A DNA stretch of 62,986 nt, counting the filler, from Ministeria vibrans ATCC 50519 (lineage: Eukaryota > Protista > Filasterea): NCBI GenBank assembly GCA_943704425.1. It is 7 parts of 7 records of this genome, joined end to end, with 100 filler letters (N's around TTAATTAATTAA, not from the genome) between each part and the next. Parts side by side here need not be neighbours in the genome. Positions count along the whole stretch, not along the records: positions 37,864 to 57,477 come from CALSCP010002584.1; positions 57,578 to 59,553 come from CALSCP010001390.1; positions 59,654 to 61,754 come from CALSCP010002577.1; 4 more parts are not named here. One strand, written 5' to 3'. The position numbers and the translations under genes are program-made. Positions 47,779-61,041 of this stretch are shown here, one piece after another (positions within the stretch are counted from its first letter, which is position 1; each line of letters begins with the position of its first letter). The notes under the pieces are model-generated. The model was given only the letters and a program-made list of their open reading frames with translations, had not been told where the DNA came from and did not search any database.

Positions 47779-50061
47779 CTACATTGCGGAGAAAAGTAGC
47801 CCTCCGTCATCATAATCGCCACCGCTGCTATCCACCTCCATGCTCCCTTGTATGTTGCCACCGTTCGCCGCGTGTGATGCCTCTGCGCCGGACTGTGTGT
47901 TTGTGCTGAGCATGGAGGGTGTCAGGGCAGTTGAGGGACGCCACAGGCGCACTATCGTGTCATCGCCAGCAGACGCTATCGTCTCCCACGCGTCGGTCGA
48001 GCTCCATGATACCATATTCACTGTGCTCTCGTGCCCACGAAGCGCCGACAAGAGTCGTCCGCTATCCCGGTGCCACACATATACCACTCCATCTAACGCG
48101 ATCAGAAAACTCAACGTCCTTACGCCGTATGCATTTTGCTCGACGCTACGTACCTTCGGAGCCACTGGAAACGTACTGCTCACGAGCACCGCCAAAACTT
48201 GCACGGATAATGTAGCGACCGAGCAGAAGACCCTCAAAGGAACGGACACGCGTGTGTGTCGTGAGGTCCCACAGGGTGATTTTCGACGAGACAAGATTGA
48301 GCAGGACAAAGCGCGAGTCGGCGGAAAGACACAACGACGTAATGGCGTTTGTCTCGCACAGCACAATGACAAAGTCGTCTTGGGGAGCATCGTCCGTGTC
48401 CATCCGCGAGCCAGTGCGACGCACATCACCCTCCTGGAGTGCATCAAACAGGCGCACATTGTGATCGTGATTGATTGTCACCAAGCGCGCTTCGTCATGC
48501 GTCACCACCACTTCCGTTACGGGTGACACCCACCGATGCACCAGCTCAAACGCACACGTCTCCTCACCATCCCGATCTTGCCCTTCCACTGCATCTGCCA
48601 CCGTCTCATCAATCCGCCACTGCTGCATCCGATGGCTTGCACTCGCCTCCAAAATCTCCCGCCCATTCGCCAGCCAGCAGCATGATGTCACTGCATGTGA
48701 CAGCCGAATGTTCGCCAACTCAATCCCAGTCTAAATTTATTATCATAATAATAATAATAATAATTATTATTATTATTATTGTTATTATTGTTATTATTAT
48801 TAATATTGTTATTCTTTTTGTTATTATTATTATTATTGCTATTATTATTATTATTGTTATTCTTTTTGTTATCATTATTATTATGAATCGTACTTGAACA
48901 TTCCACAGACGAATGTGATTGTCATTTCCACAGGTGAGCAGTCGAACGTCATCGGGACTCCACGCCAGGTATGACACTGCGCCCGTATGTCCTTCAATTC
49001 GACGCACTAACCTCCCACTCTATATACAAGACCAATATGAATAATAATAAAAAATATATTATTATTATCAAAATCATTTACACTTACATTTGCGTCCCAT
49101 ATAATTGCACTGTGGTCCTTCGAGGCACTCGCCAAAAACTGATTGTTGTGGCTGAACTTGACATACCACACTTCGTCGGAATGTCCCGTGAGTGACTTCC
49201 ACTCCTTTGTCGGGACAAGATCACTAAACAAACAACAACAAGGGCGTATTATGATGAAAATAATAAAAATAATAATAATAAAATTAATTATTATTATTTT
49301 TATAATAATTATTTTGTATCAAGTGGCATTGAAGTCTGTAAGTCAAACCTTTCACAGGAATGATCAGCGAGTAACGAACACCATTCGGGCGACGATGGGT
49401 CACCACACGTACACTCGGCCCGCTGGTGCACCATCGCCTGTGTCAGCAGTCCGTCCAATCGTCCCTCAGTCACTCGCAAGCCCATAGGAAGAACCTCTGC
49501 AAAGGGTAAAGAATACAATTGCACGACTGTAAAGCTATGTGTGGCTCCAGCATCCTTGGCTACCTTGCAGACGTCGCATGAGATTCAAGCGAGAACGTTC
49601 TCCTCCTCCCGACCAGTTGGCTCGCCCCCGCAAATCCTCCACCGACGAACACATCAACAAACTACAACAATACACGTTTTAACCCACACACGTTGAAGGG
49701 TTATTTTTTTTTTTGAATTCAAACTGCTCACGCGCTAAGCTGTTGAACAGACTTGGAGGCGTTTTGGTCGATAGGCGACAGGTCGTTTTGGAGACAGGCG
49801 AGTGCTTCGACGGTACGTCGTTGTTCGAGAAGTTCAAGAAACTTTTGTTCGTATACCAATGTCTTGGCTCTCTACGAATGTAACAGTTCACAGTATGATA
49901 TATTAAAGAGCCTACTGGTATCATCACATACCACCAGTGTCTCTTCTGGTACATTGGGCAGCTCCATCATTCGGGATATAGTCTGCATCACAAGACATGT
50001 CAGTGAAAGGGTAATAAAACAAATGGAACACAAAATGGCATATCACAAAGACAGACACACT

Positions 50062-50142
<81 letters not shown>

Positions 50143-50251
50143 CATACACTGTTCCAGTCGCCGCTTAGAATGCTCGTGCGCATGGTAACTGTTTCGGCAT
50201 TCTCTAATGGAATGCCTGACTCAGTCTCGAGCTCTGAGGCGGATCGTCTAC

Positions 50252-50290
<39 letters not shown>

Positions 50291-50564
50291 AACACCTCAA
50301 CCAATTCAGATTTCGCCATCGACGTCGCTGGTGCCTCGCCATTCACTCCGACACCATCAGGAGATGAGGCAAACGAGGGCAGAGCAGACAAGAGACATAC
50401 CTGTAGCCGAGTTCGCGCAACGATTGGACGAGCAGTCGGACAAGTTCACTGCGCTTCCAGCCGCCTGGAGTCGCTGCGTCGCGAGCCGGAGCGTGGTGCC
50501 CGTTGGTGAGAGGCATAGGAGTGCTGTTCGCTTGCAGGGTGGGGTGAGCGCGGTCGTGATCCAT
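47779..50564 (-). CDS. WDR26: WD40 protein WDR26/GID7 (CTLH complex subunit); start uncertain and may lie further upstream
   Basis: LisH RSELVRLLVQSLRELGY, CTLH ILSGDWN...YEQKFLELLE, VTEGRLDGLLTQA, WD40 repeats GHSDEVWYVKFSHNNQFLASASKD, RYIIRASFGG...SSGSEDG, GHESTVNMVSW. Confidence 0.85.
48740..48885. repeat. (ATT/AAT)n intronic microsatellite (similar tracts at 10400-10500, 10950-11000, 12180-12320)
   Basis: Visible trinucleotide tracts. Confidence 0.9.
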
Positions 50565-50914
50565 CGCAGAGAGAGCAATACGTTTCGTGGCACGCTCTTC
50601 GATGGAAGGACTCGATGAACGGCGACGTCGAGCACGATCACGGTCACCACTACTTGGTTCGTCTATGGGGTCTCTCGAAGCCGTCGTGAACGCTCGAAAG
50701 AAGAAATTTGTCTGAACTCTGCAGACTCTGCTGAAATAGTGAAATATGTGTGACTGAATAACTAAATCAGTCACCTGTCGTTTGTTTTATACACAGTTTC
50801 AGTTTCTCTCTGTCATCTTTTTTCTTCATATTGATGCCTTGACGTCGTCAGTGATCAGTATCATCAGTTACACTCCCATCCACACCACCACAGGCACCAC
50901 TGCCCTTCGCGCCA

Positions 50915-53900
50915 ATGGTGTCATTCGGCTTCCTTTCACTTCAGACATTGCTCCTCGCTCTGTCTGTGCCCTTCGCCCTGTCTTCTCCCGGCGGGTGCAC
51001 CGGCTCATGGGAGTCCGAGTACCCGATAGGCACCGGCACGCCCGACGGGAAGTTCAGCGCAACGCGCGCTGGCTCGAAACTCATCGTGGTAACCGAGGTA
51101 ACAAAATTTCTTTTTCTGCCCATTAGTTTCAGTTTGAATGGCTATTGAGCGTATTGCGAGCAATACCCGCTCCCCGACCCGGCGACCCCGCTACAAGTAC
51201 TGTGATCGAGCCCATCGTACCGATTACCGCGCCAACCCTTCACGTTATTTTCCGCTTTTTTTTCCGATGGTGTGACGTCAACGCCAAAGTTAACGACAAA
51301 ACTATCATTTAACTCATCTTGTCACATTGGCGAGCTGCGTTATGTTGCGGGGGATGCTTTCATGTTCATTCTTCGTGTATTCCGCGTACAGAGTTATATC
51401 CCGACTGCCGTTTATTTTCTTTTCTTTTTGTCTGTGACGTATGAAATCGGTTATTTACTCTGTGTGTCTCTCTCTGTTTCCAATAGTCGGCGAGCGCAAA
51501 CTCGCTGAATCTTCTGGATTGCCCCGGCGCGTACGGCTCCGGTCAGTGTGTCAAGCATGACCTGGACGCGCTGGCAAGTGCGACCGGCAGAACTCTCACC
51601 CGACCTGACGTCATCTTCCACGCTGCATCCAACACCATTCAGGTGTTTGCGATGGACGGCAGCAACAGCGACAAGCTGGCCGTGATCACGTGCAATGCGA
51701 CCTCCATCACCTGCGACCCTCTCCACGTCATGCCTTACCCCATCGCGAGCCTTACAGGACGTGCTCCCATTGGCTTTTTCGATGCGGCAGGAAACTCCAT
51801 GGTGATTACCGACAACCGCAATGCGGGAGGGAAGCGCAACCATTTGCTGCGCGTCAACCCCAACGGCACTGTCGAGCACGATGTTCTCATCAACACACTC
51901 ACAGACTTCTCAAAGCGCTCCAACGTTGCCGCCAACCCTCTTGGCGACTTTTACATTTCGGGAAATAATGGCGACGCCAACTTGTGGGTGGTGCATTGTC
52001 CCATGGGCATGACCGCCTCTGGTGATTGCGCTGCCGTCGTGGTCACGGCCAACGCCGACATGGGTGACTCAAGCCGCGTGGGCTACGACGAATCCAACGA
52101 CAAGCTGCTGGTGGCCGGCCTCAACGGCGCCATGCTCCAAGTCTACCTCTGCTCGCCCACCGTCACGGGTTGTGCCATGACAGATGTGAGTTTCGGCGTC
52201 GCTCAGACGCGTCCGCGCATGTTTGTCGACAATGCGAACGGGAACGTAGTGCTCGTGAGCAGACGTGTCAGCGACAATCACCTGCTCGTCACCAAGTGCA
52301 CTGTGGCGCTAACAGGCTGTACACAGACCGACATTAGCACCCCACTCACTGTCAACGACCCATGGCCCGTGTATGACGATATAGCGCAATCGCTCATTGT
52401 GCTTGCGCGTGAGATCGGCACGAACTATCTACTGCGCTTCTCTTGTGATGACGTCGATGAGTGCGCATCGAACCCGTGCGAGAACGGCGGCACCTGCACC
52501 GACCTCGTAGATGGCTACACGTGTGCGTGTGTGCCAGGCTACAACGGACTGACATGTGGGGTGAACATTGATGAGTGTGCATCGAACCCGTGCGAGAACG
52601 GCGGCACATGCACCGACCTCGTAGATGGCTACACGTGTGCGTGTGTGCCAGGCTACAACGGACTGACATGTGGAGTAAACGTTGACGAGTGCGCGTCTAG
52701 CCCGTGCGAGAACGGCGGTACATGCACCGACGCTGTCAATGGTCACCTGTGCACATGCCCCCCGGGCTTCGCCGGCATCACGTGCAATATCAACGTCGAC
52801 GTGGCCCTTAGCCATCTTCCCACCGCGACAATCGCAAATGGAACCTCTGCGAGTGCAGTGGTCTCGCAGCTCACCGCACTTCTTGCTAACGACACATGGC
52901 TTGCGGCAAGCAGCACTGCAGATGCCGTCGAGTCTGTCACTTCCTCGCTGAGTCTCCTTGCCAACTTTTCGCTCGCCACGTCCTTTTCGCTCGCCACCGC
53001 ACAGGCAAGCGGAAACACCACGCTTGTCGCCGAGCTGCAGACCGTCACCGCGCTCGGCATTGCCAATGCCACCATCGTGCTGGCTAACACTCTACTCGCC
53101 AGTAGTGCCTCACATCAGGAGCTCGTCGGCGCTAGCGTACCCGGTGGGCCGAGTGTGGCCACATCGGTCGAGGCAGCCGCACGTGCCCTTGCCCTCGGAC
53201 AGACGTGCGATGAAGTTCATAGCGACTCAGTTGGCGTCCTGCAATTGCTCACTGCTCGTGTGTCTACGTCTGCGAATCTCTCTGGAGTATATTCCAGCAC
53301 CGCCACCGATGCCACCATCACCGTACCCACCGACTTCTCTAGTGAGCTCGCGAGCGACCCGTCTGTAACCGAGACTCACTGTTCGATTACTATCGAGATG
53401 GTCGTCTTCGCGCCCTCAGGAAGCCCGTTCCCCGATCGCAAGACGGCCGCTGAGCAACTAGCATCAACCTACAACACGAGCGATGCGACTCTAATCCTTG
53501 ACTCGGCGGTTATGTCGTTCGTGGCGGGTGTCGCTTCCGTTGCCAACCTGAGCGAGTCTGCCTCGGTGATCATCGAGCTCGCGAAAAGTGGGACAGTTTT
53601 GTCGACAATGGAGCGCCGCTGCTTCTACTGGTCGTACGTCCATGGTGGCTGGGCGAGCGATGGCTGCGAAAAAATTGCCGAGACGCCCACAACGGTGACA
53701 TGCCGCTGTAACCATCTCACCAGCTTTGCCGTCCTCTTTGACGCGGGAAACACAGCGCCTCCACCTCCACCACCAACGGTAGACGAGTGCGAGTCGAATC
53801 CGTGCCTCAATGGAGCCTCCTGCCTCGATGGTGTGGACTCGTTTGTCTGCGTGTGCGCCTCGGGATTCTCTGGCGTCCTCTGTTCAATCAACGTTAACGA

Positions 53901-56757
53901 GTGTACAAGCGCGCCGTGTCAGAATGGTGGCGCGTGCACCGACGGCGTCGACAGCTTCATGTGTACCTGTGCCAATGGATGGACCGGCACAACGTGCACT
54001 GGTCAAGTCAACGAGTGCTCGAGCACCCCCTGCCACAATGGCGCAACGTGTGTCGACTCGGTGGATGGCTTCACATGTACTTGTACGGCCGGGTATTCGG
54101 GCGCTCTCTGTTCGATAAACGACAACGAGTGCGCCAGCACGCCATGCAACAATGGCGGCGTCTGCGTGGACTCTGTTGACGGCTTCACGTGCACATGTGC
54201 CAGTGGCTGGACGGGCACGACGTGCACTCTGGGCATTGACGAGTGTGTCTCGTCCCCGTGTGGCAACGGTGGCACTTGTGAAGACGCTGTGGACGGATTT
54301 ACATGCGTTTGCGCTGCTGGTTTCTCAGGGTCTCACTGCTTCAACTCGACCATTTGCGACTCGTCGCCGTGCGACAATGGAGGTTCGTGCGTGACAACTG
54401 GGCCTGCTGCATTCACGTGCTCATGCGCTGTCGGGTGGACCGGCGCACAATGTCAGACGGTCATCAACCACTGTGATTCAACACCGTGCCATAACGCTGG
54501 TCTCTGTACAAATTCCGCCTCCGGATTTTCCTGTACATGCACGGCCGGCTTTTCAGGCACCGACTGCTCCTTGGACGTCGACGAGTGTGTGAGCATGCCA
54601 TGCCAAAACGGCGCTGTATGCGAGGACAACGTCAACGGGTTTGTGTGCACTTGTGCTAGTGGCTGGACGGGTGTACAATGCGATGTGAACATCAACGAGT
54701 GCGCGTCAGCGCCATGTGCCAACGGAGGCACCTGTGTCGAGACAGTCGATGCCTACACATGTAGTTGCGAGAGCGCATGGACTGGTCCCCGCTGTATTAC
54801 TTCGCTAAACGAGTGTGTGTCGTCGCCGTGCGCCAACGGCGGTGCGTGCATTGATGGCATTGGTAGCTTCACGTGTTCCTGCGTCGGCCTCTGGACTGGC
54901 AGTGCTTGCGAGATCGAGCTGGAAATTTTCGAGCTGATCTCCATGGCTCTCAACGACACTGTCGGTGGAGTGTTGACGACGACCAATGTCACGCTTGTCG
55001 TGCCTCCTGGTGCTTTGCCGCCGGGCGTGACAACGATCGTCATCGGACGTCCTGCGTCGCAAGGGCCACTCGACACAGAGCCGCACACACACCGCGGCTC
55101 GATTGTCTATGCGCTTCAGCCAGCGATCACGTTCAACGTCCCAGTGCGCATCACTGTGCCCACGGGAGCGTCATCGTCCGGCTATCACCTTGTGCTCTAC
55201 TACCGAGCCGCTGGACAGCCGTGGGAGCGTGCGGGCAACCAACACGCGGACAAGAATATGCGTACCATCAGCGGCGACCTATCGCACTTCAGTGACGTGG
55301 TTGTCTACTACGAGGCGGACAACAACCTACTGTCACGCATCACCGACTATGTTACGTGGATTAGCAGTGCCATGTCCATTGTTGGCTGTATCCTCGTCAT
55401 CGTGGTCTACGCTGTGTTGCGCGATATGCGCACGACACCAATTGTCTTCCTTATGCAGCTCTGTGTGGCACTGATCATGGTCAACGTTGTCTTTCTCGTG
55501 GGTATTGACCGCACGAACAACCCATCGGTGTGCTCGTCCATGAAGCTGCTGCTCTACTACTTTATCTTAGTTCTGTTTTCCTGGATGTTTGCATGTGCGC
55601 TGCATCTGTGGCGTGCCATCGCGTTTAACGTCCGCTCAACCTCACTGGCCACCGTGCTCATCAGGTCGTGTCTTGTGTGGGCGTTGCCTGCCATTCCCAC
55701 AGTCATTGTGGCTGTCATTGATACCCTTGATGGCAACACCACGTCGCAGGTCGTTTGCTGGTTTGCTCGAGGGCCCGCACTCACATGGGCCTTCCTCGTA
55801 CCACTCAGCGTCCTGTTGGTGGCGTCTGTTTTCGTCCAGATTGCTTGCTTTCGATTTTTCTATCTCTCATACCGGAGAGCTCGCTCACTGGGCAAGGCAG
55901 GTGTCGACGAACGCGTGCGCTACCTGCGTGCCTCAGTCGTCTTTACTTTGACCACTGGAAGCACGTGGCTGTTCGCGTACATCGCGCTCGCTCTCGATGT
56001 CGACGTCATGTGGCTTGTCTTTGCCCTGCTCAACGGCTTTCAAGGGGTTTGGTTGTTCATCGCCTACTGCATGCCCAGCCGAGTGCGTCATGCGTTTGCT
56101 GCGTGGTACCGCAAGCGCTTTGGGGATCGAAGCACTCGTACCACGGGCCGCACACAGCCAACAGGCAGCGCTGGGACCAAATCGACGAGTGAAAATCTCG
56201 CTGAAGGGACTGCAAGTCCCTCTTCCTCCCACGTGCGAGCGATACCGCTCTCTCGCTCGCGCAACACAACAGAGACATCGAGCTCGAGTGACAACAGCAT
56301 GCGTCTTCGCGATATACTCAACGGTCGCCTCGAGTCGTTCTACGAGCGCGACGAGGAGGTTATTGCAGAGATGCGCAGTCACTATCGCATCGATAGAAAA
56401 CCAAGCAATTCTACCGCAACTATGTCCATGTGGGTCAACAGCGACGCCGCTGCCAGTGACGATGTTCAAGCGTTGCTTGTGGACAGCGTGTCGTCTTCCC
56501 CGCAACTTACACCTTTATGCTCACCCACGAGCCCACGGTATTTGGTAGCGCATTCATCGTCACACAACTACAGCTTGGACTCCCTCCAGCTCAACTCATC
56601 AAGCACGTTTGCCTCCAGTGGGGAGCTCAACGTCAATGCGAGTCGCGACTATATGTGTCTCCGTCCAACCGACGGTGCTACCATTGAACGGATCAGCGGA
56701 GGGAAGGCGACTGGCGTTTCCGTCGACTCCGAGACGTTTTTTCAAGCTCAATTTTGA
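50915..56757 (+). CDS. Adhesion-GPCR-like receptor (~1817 aa): SP - Cys-pair repeat region - 3 EGF - GAIN/GPS - 10 EGF - ZU5(HFS) - family B-like 7TM - Ser-rich tail
   Basis: Exon 50915-51097 (signal peptide) splices in phase 0 to 51487-56757. GPS CFYW...WASDGC...TCRCNHLTSFAVL at ~53619-53740. ZU5 GGVL...LVVPPGAL...FNVPVRITVP...LSHFS. 7TM motifs YYFILVLFSWM, CLVWALP, VCW, LNGFQGVWLF. Confidence 0.9.
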
Positions 56758-56945
56758 ACACGACTGTACAATAATACATAAATTTATTGATTATCGCTAT
56801 TTTAATCTAGTAGAGTCGTTCGACGTATGGATGATGAACATCGGATAGTTGAAAATTGAGTGAAAATTGGCGAAAATGACGGGATCTTATATAGAAGGGG
56901 AAAAAACTAACATTAAAACAAATTAATAATAATTGTCACTATTGT

Positions 56946-57110
56946 TCAATCAGTGCTCTCAGCTCGCCAAATGAAAACACTCGTGTCGAGCCCACCAGTA
57001 GACACAAGATAGCGACCATCGGCCGTCCAAACGACACGCGATACTTCATCAGAGTGACCCACATAGGTTCCGATAAGAGCAGTCGCGTCACTTGCCGGGA
57101 AGCGATACAG
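56946..57110 (-). CDS. Terminal exon of EML/EMAP-like WD40 protein (rest lost in gap)
   Basis: LYRFPA...YVGHSDEVSRVVWTADGRYLVSTGGLDTSVFIW matches the EML C-terminal WD repeat. Confidence 0.7.
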   Translation of the reverse strand: MYRFPASDATALIGTYVGHSDEVSRVVWTADGRYLVSTGGLDTSVFIWRAESTD

Positions 57111-57432
57111 CTGTATAAACGAACAAAAACAGTACACAAAAGATTCAGCAAGCTCGTCGCATTCGCAATATCACTTTGTTTCTGTCTCCCTCATTTCTCT
57201 TTCTCTCTCTATCACTTAGTTTTTTTATTCCCCCCTCTCTCTCTATCACTTTGTTTTTTTCTCCCCTCTCTCGTTTCTTTCCCCCTCCTTTCTTTCTCTC
57301 TATCACTATGTTTCTCTCTCTCTCTATCACTATGTTTCTCTTTCTCTCTATCACTATGTTTCTCTCTCTCTCTATCACTATGTTTCTCTCTCTCTATCAC
57401 TATGTTTCTCTCTCTCTATCACTATGTTTCTT

Positions 57433-57477
<45 letters not shown>

Positions 57478-57595
57478 NNNNNNNNNNNNNNNNNNNNNNN
57501 NNNNNNNNNNNNNNNNNNNNNTTAATTAATTAANNNNNNNNNNNNNNNNNNNNNNNNNNNNNNNNNNNNNNNNNNNNGGGGGGGGCGTAACGTAC

Positions 57596-58258
57596 CACAA
57601 TGTGATCGTCAAATTCTTCGAGGGTGTCTTCGTCGCGATTGAATATGGCATGGCGAGCGACAGGAATGTTTGCGTCTTGCAGCTTCTTGTACACCTGTTG
57701 GGAGGAAAGCACTGGAGTTGGCGCGGGAACACCGTCGGGCGTGTTAGATATGTACCTGGCGACGATCGTGGAGCTCTAGTTGTATGTCGAGATCATTCAA
57801 GAGAAACGGAGAGCGCAATCTGACGTACTCCTAAAGGTGCACAAGCAGTGAGGGAAAGGGACAAGAAGGGTCGATGCACTGCACACACGTACAATGGCCT
57901 TGGCGAGGGGAAAGCCCCGGCTGTAGAAGGAGATGAGGCAGTCGACGATGGGCCAGGACGCAACAGGGTCGTTGAGAATCACTCTGAGGTATTGTGTTGA
58001 GTGGTACGATGAATAGCGAAAAAATGATAATAATCAATATGAGTATTCTAATGAGCTCTCTTTGGGTTACTTGTCTGTAAAATAGATGATGTCAAACTCG
58101 TCGTTGCCATTGAGAATGGCCAGGATCGCCTGCATGGGCTTGGACATGATCTAGAGGGCGCAAGAGGGTCAGCGGGCGAGTCAAGCCGTCCCCTGCCTTG
58201 TTTGTGCCTTTTTCGACATGGCGCAGAGCCCCAGGCGCACCCGTTCGCCCGACGACAT
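57596..58258 (-). CDS. VIP1: PPIP5K/Vip1 inositol pyrophosphate kinase, 5' exons (truncated by gap)
   Basis: Spliced [10 protein letters not shown]|[10 protein letters not shown]...[30 protein letters not shown]|[14 protein letters not shown]...DRRQ|VYKKL. Confidence 0.9.
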
Positions 58259-58402
58259 AACAAGTATTGAATAAGCGCAAAAAAAAAGAAAAAAAGATTA
58301 AAGAATGGTTATTTTTAATGAGGAAGATCAATTCTTAGTTATGAATAATAAGACGTCATATTAATTTAGTTTTCTTTGTTACAGATTATTATTATTTTTA
58401 TT

Positions 58403-59340
58403 TCAAAATTGGGGATGGTAGTCTTCATCGTCGTCATCGTCGTCACCAGTGTCCATCTATAGTTAGAAATAAATAAATAAGACTCATAATAATAATAATA
58501 ATAATTATTATTATTTCGAAAGAATGTTTTGTAGAGTACGTTCTTCTTGCGCTGTGCGGGAGTTGTTCTGAGTCGCGAGGGACGAGCACGGGGCGCAACG
58601 GGAGCCCTGGATTCCTCAAAGTAGTCGTCATCATCATCATCGTACATGGGATTCTTGCGTGAGGCAGAGGCACGCGGACGAGCACGGGCGCGCGACGCAG
58701 ACGCAGCGGGACGCGAGCGGGGTGCATTGCGAGCAGCTGCGGCCGCTGCCAGAGACCGCTCGCGCTTCTTCTGCTGTGCAATAAGTCTCTTCTGCTCTGC
58801 AATGACGCGTCGTGCCTCGTCAACCTTGGCGGCCTCGGCACGCTTCTGCTCCTCAATCAACGTCTGCGCATTCTCAAACAGCAATCGGCTGAATTTGAGG
58901 GTAACCATCTGCGGGTTGTGTACCACCGGCTAAAACAACAACAACACACATGTAAGTAAGCCAAAACATATCAAGTCAACATCAAATAGAGGAGGAAGAG
59001 AAAGAGGTAGAGGATAAGGGAGAAAAAAAACCAAGGTGATAGAGAGAGAGTAAAACAAAAAACATTAGATCAACATCTAAGAAAAGAGGGAAAGAAAGAG
59101 GTATAGGAGAGGGAGAAACCCTTCCTTCCCCACGATGAAAGAGAGAGAGAGAAATAAAGTGATAGAAAGAGAAAGAACGATGACATACTTGCGAAGCAGC
59201 GCCGTCAAAGTACGTGCGGTTTTCGTCGTCGGCAAGAAGATCCTCACTGGGCTTGGCCGCATTAAGACGGTCGCCAATGACCGTGTAGACGGCCTGAGCG
59301 AGACACCAACGCAGGGAGGGATAGAACGCAGTTGCAGGGC
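58403..59340 (-). CDS. 3' exons of an uncharacterised protein with coiled coil and basic/acidic tail
   Basis: GC-rich exons with GT-AG boundaries: ...FDGAASQ / PVVHNPQMVTLKFSRLLFENAQTLIEEQKR...RKKN / MDTGDDDDDEDYHPQF*. Confidence 0.5.
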
Positions 59341-59364
59341 CACTGGGTGGAGAGATGCACATTC

Positions 59365-59553
<189 letters not shown>

Positions 59554-59725
59554 NNNNNNNNNNNNNNNNNNNNNNNNNNNNNNNNNNNNNNNNNNNNTTA
59601 ATTAATTAANNNNNNNNNNNNNNNNNNNNNNNNNNNNNNNNNNNNNNNNNNNNTTATTATTAATTGTTATTATTTTAGCGTGTTTTCGTATGTCATCTTT
59701 GATCCCTACTATTCTCACTGCAGCT

Positions 59726-60969
59726 ATGATTACGTCGCAAGAGACCATGCACGCCGTTGTTATCGACCAAGTAAGTACTGCGCAAGACACAAATAATTGT
59801 ATTAAACTTGTTGTGGTAGACGACCAGAGAGGTTGCCTATGTTGATGGAGTGACCATGCCTACGCTGCGCGAGGGAGAGATCATGATTGTACGGCCCACC
59901 AGCAAAAAAGGATGTCAAACGTACGAGAGAACCGCTCACTCGCTCTCTCCTCCACAGCGCGTCCACGCAGCCGGCGTCAACCGACTGGACCTGCTGCAGC
60001 GAGCTGGAAAGTACCCTCCTCCTGCTGGCGACAGCGACATCCTTGGTGTTGAAGGTGAGGCGCAGAGAGAGAGAAGAGAGAAGCGCGGCAGTCAGTCAGA
60101 CGATCACATCCGGTGGTGGGTTTGTAGTCGCGGGGGAAATCGCAGCTCACGGGCCGAGCGTGGATGCTGGCGCGTATCCCATTGGTGCGCGTGTGATGTC
60201 CCTGGTTGGAGGCGGAGGCTACGCCGAGGTACTTTGACCCTTCTGTCTTTCTGTTTGTTCACTCTGATTGTCCACTGTAGTATTGCGCTGCTCCCGCAAC
60301 CGTCACCATGTTCATTCCAGACAACGTTACATTTGCGCAAGCTGCTGCTATTCCTGAAGGCTTTATGGTGCGTCGTACTTACAATGCCCACAAGGGGTAT
60401 TAATCTATATTTTGGTACAGACTGCCTACTCTGCACTGTACTGGACCTGTCAAATGGACCCAAACGATGATGTGTTGATCCACGCAGGAGCAAGTGGCAT
60501 CGGAACCATCTCTACTCAGGTACAGCATTATATTTATTTACTTATTTATGGAACGTAACGTGTTTTTGCACTCGCAGATTTGTCGTCTTCAGAGCACATT
60601 GGCCAAGACACAGCGAAAGGTCTTCGTAACGGCGAGTAGCGCGGAAAAGCTCGCAGTGTGTGGTATGCCCAATAGGTAAATAATTTGAGTGTCTCTTTAC
60701 GACAAGCTTTTTTTAGCGAAGTATGGCGCTACCGATCTGATCAACTACAAAGAAGAAAAGTTTGATGAGGTTAATTCTGCGACTCTTATGGTTTGAGTTG
60801 TATATGACCAGCGATGTTTTTTTCGATAGGTTGTACTGCGCTCCACAAACAACAAAGGCGTCTCCGGTACCTTAGCACGCACACACACTAATCGCTAAGC
60901 ACACCACACTTACACACCACGCTTACACACCACGCACACCATGCTTACACACACACACACACAAATTCA

Positions 60970-61041
<72 letters not shown>

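Noticed and set aside
51147-51172. Hairpin GAGCGTATTGC-GA-GCAATACCCGCTC in GPCR intron 1
   Set aside because: A single short stem with no snoRNA boxes or tRNA fold recognised.
52456-52683. Near-exact 114-nt EGF duplication in the GPCR
   Set aside because: Real, but ordinary tandem EGF expansion.
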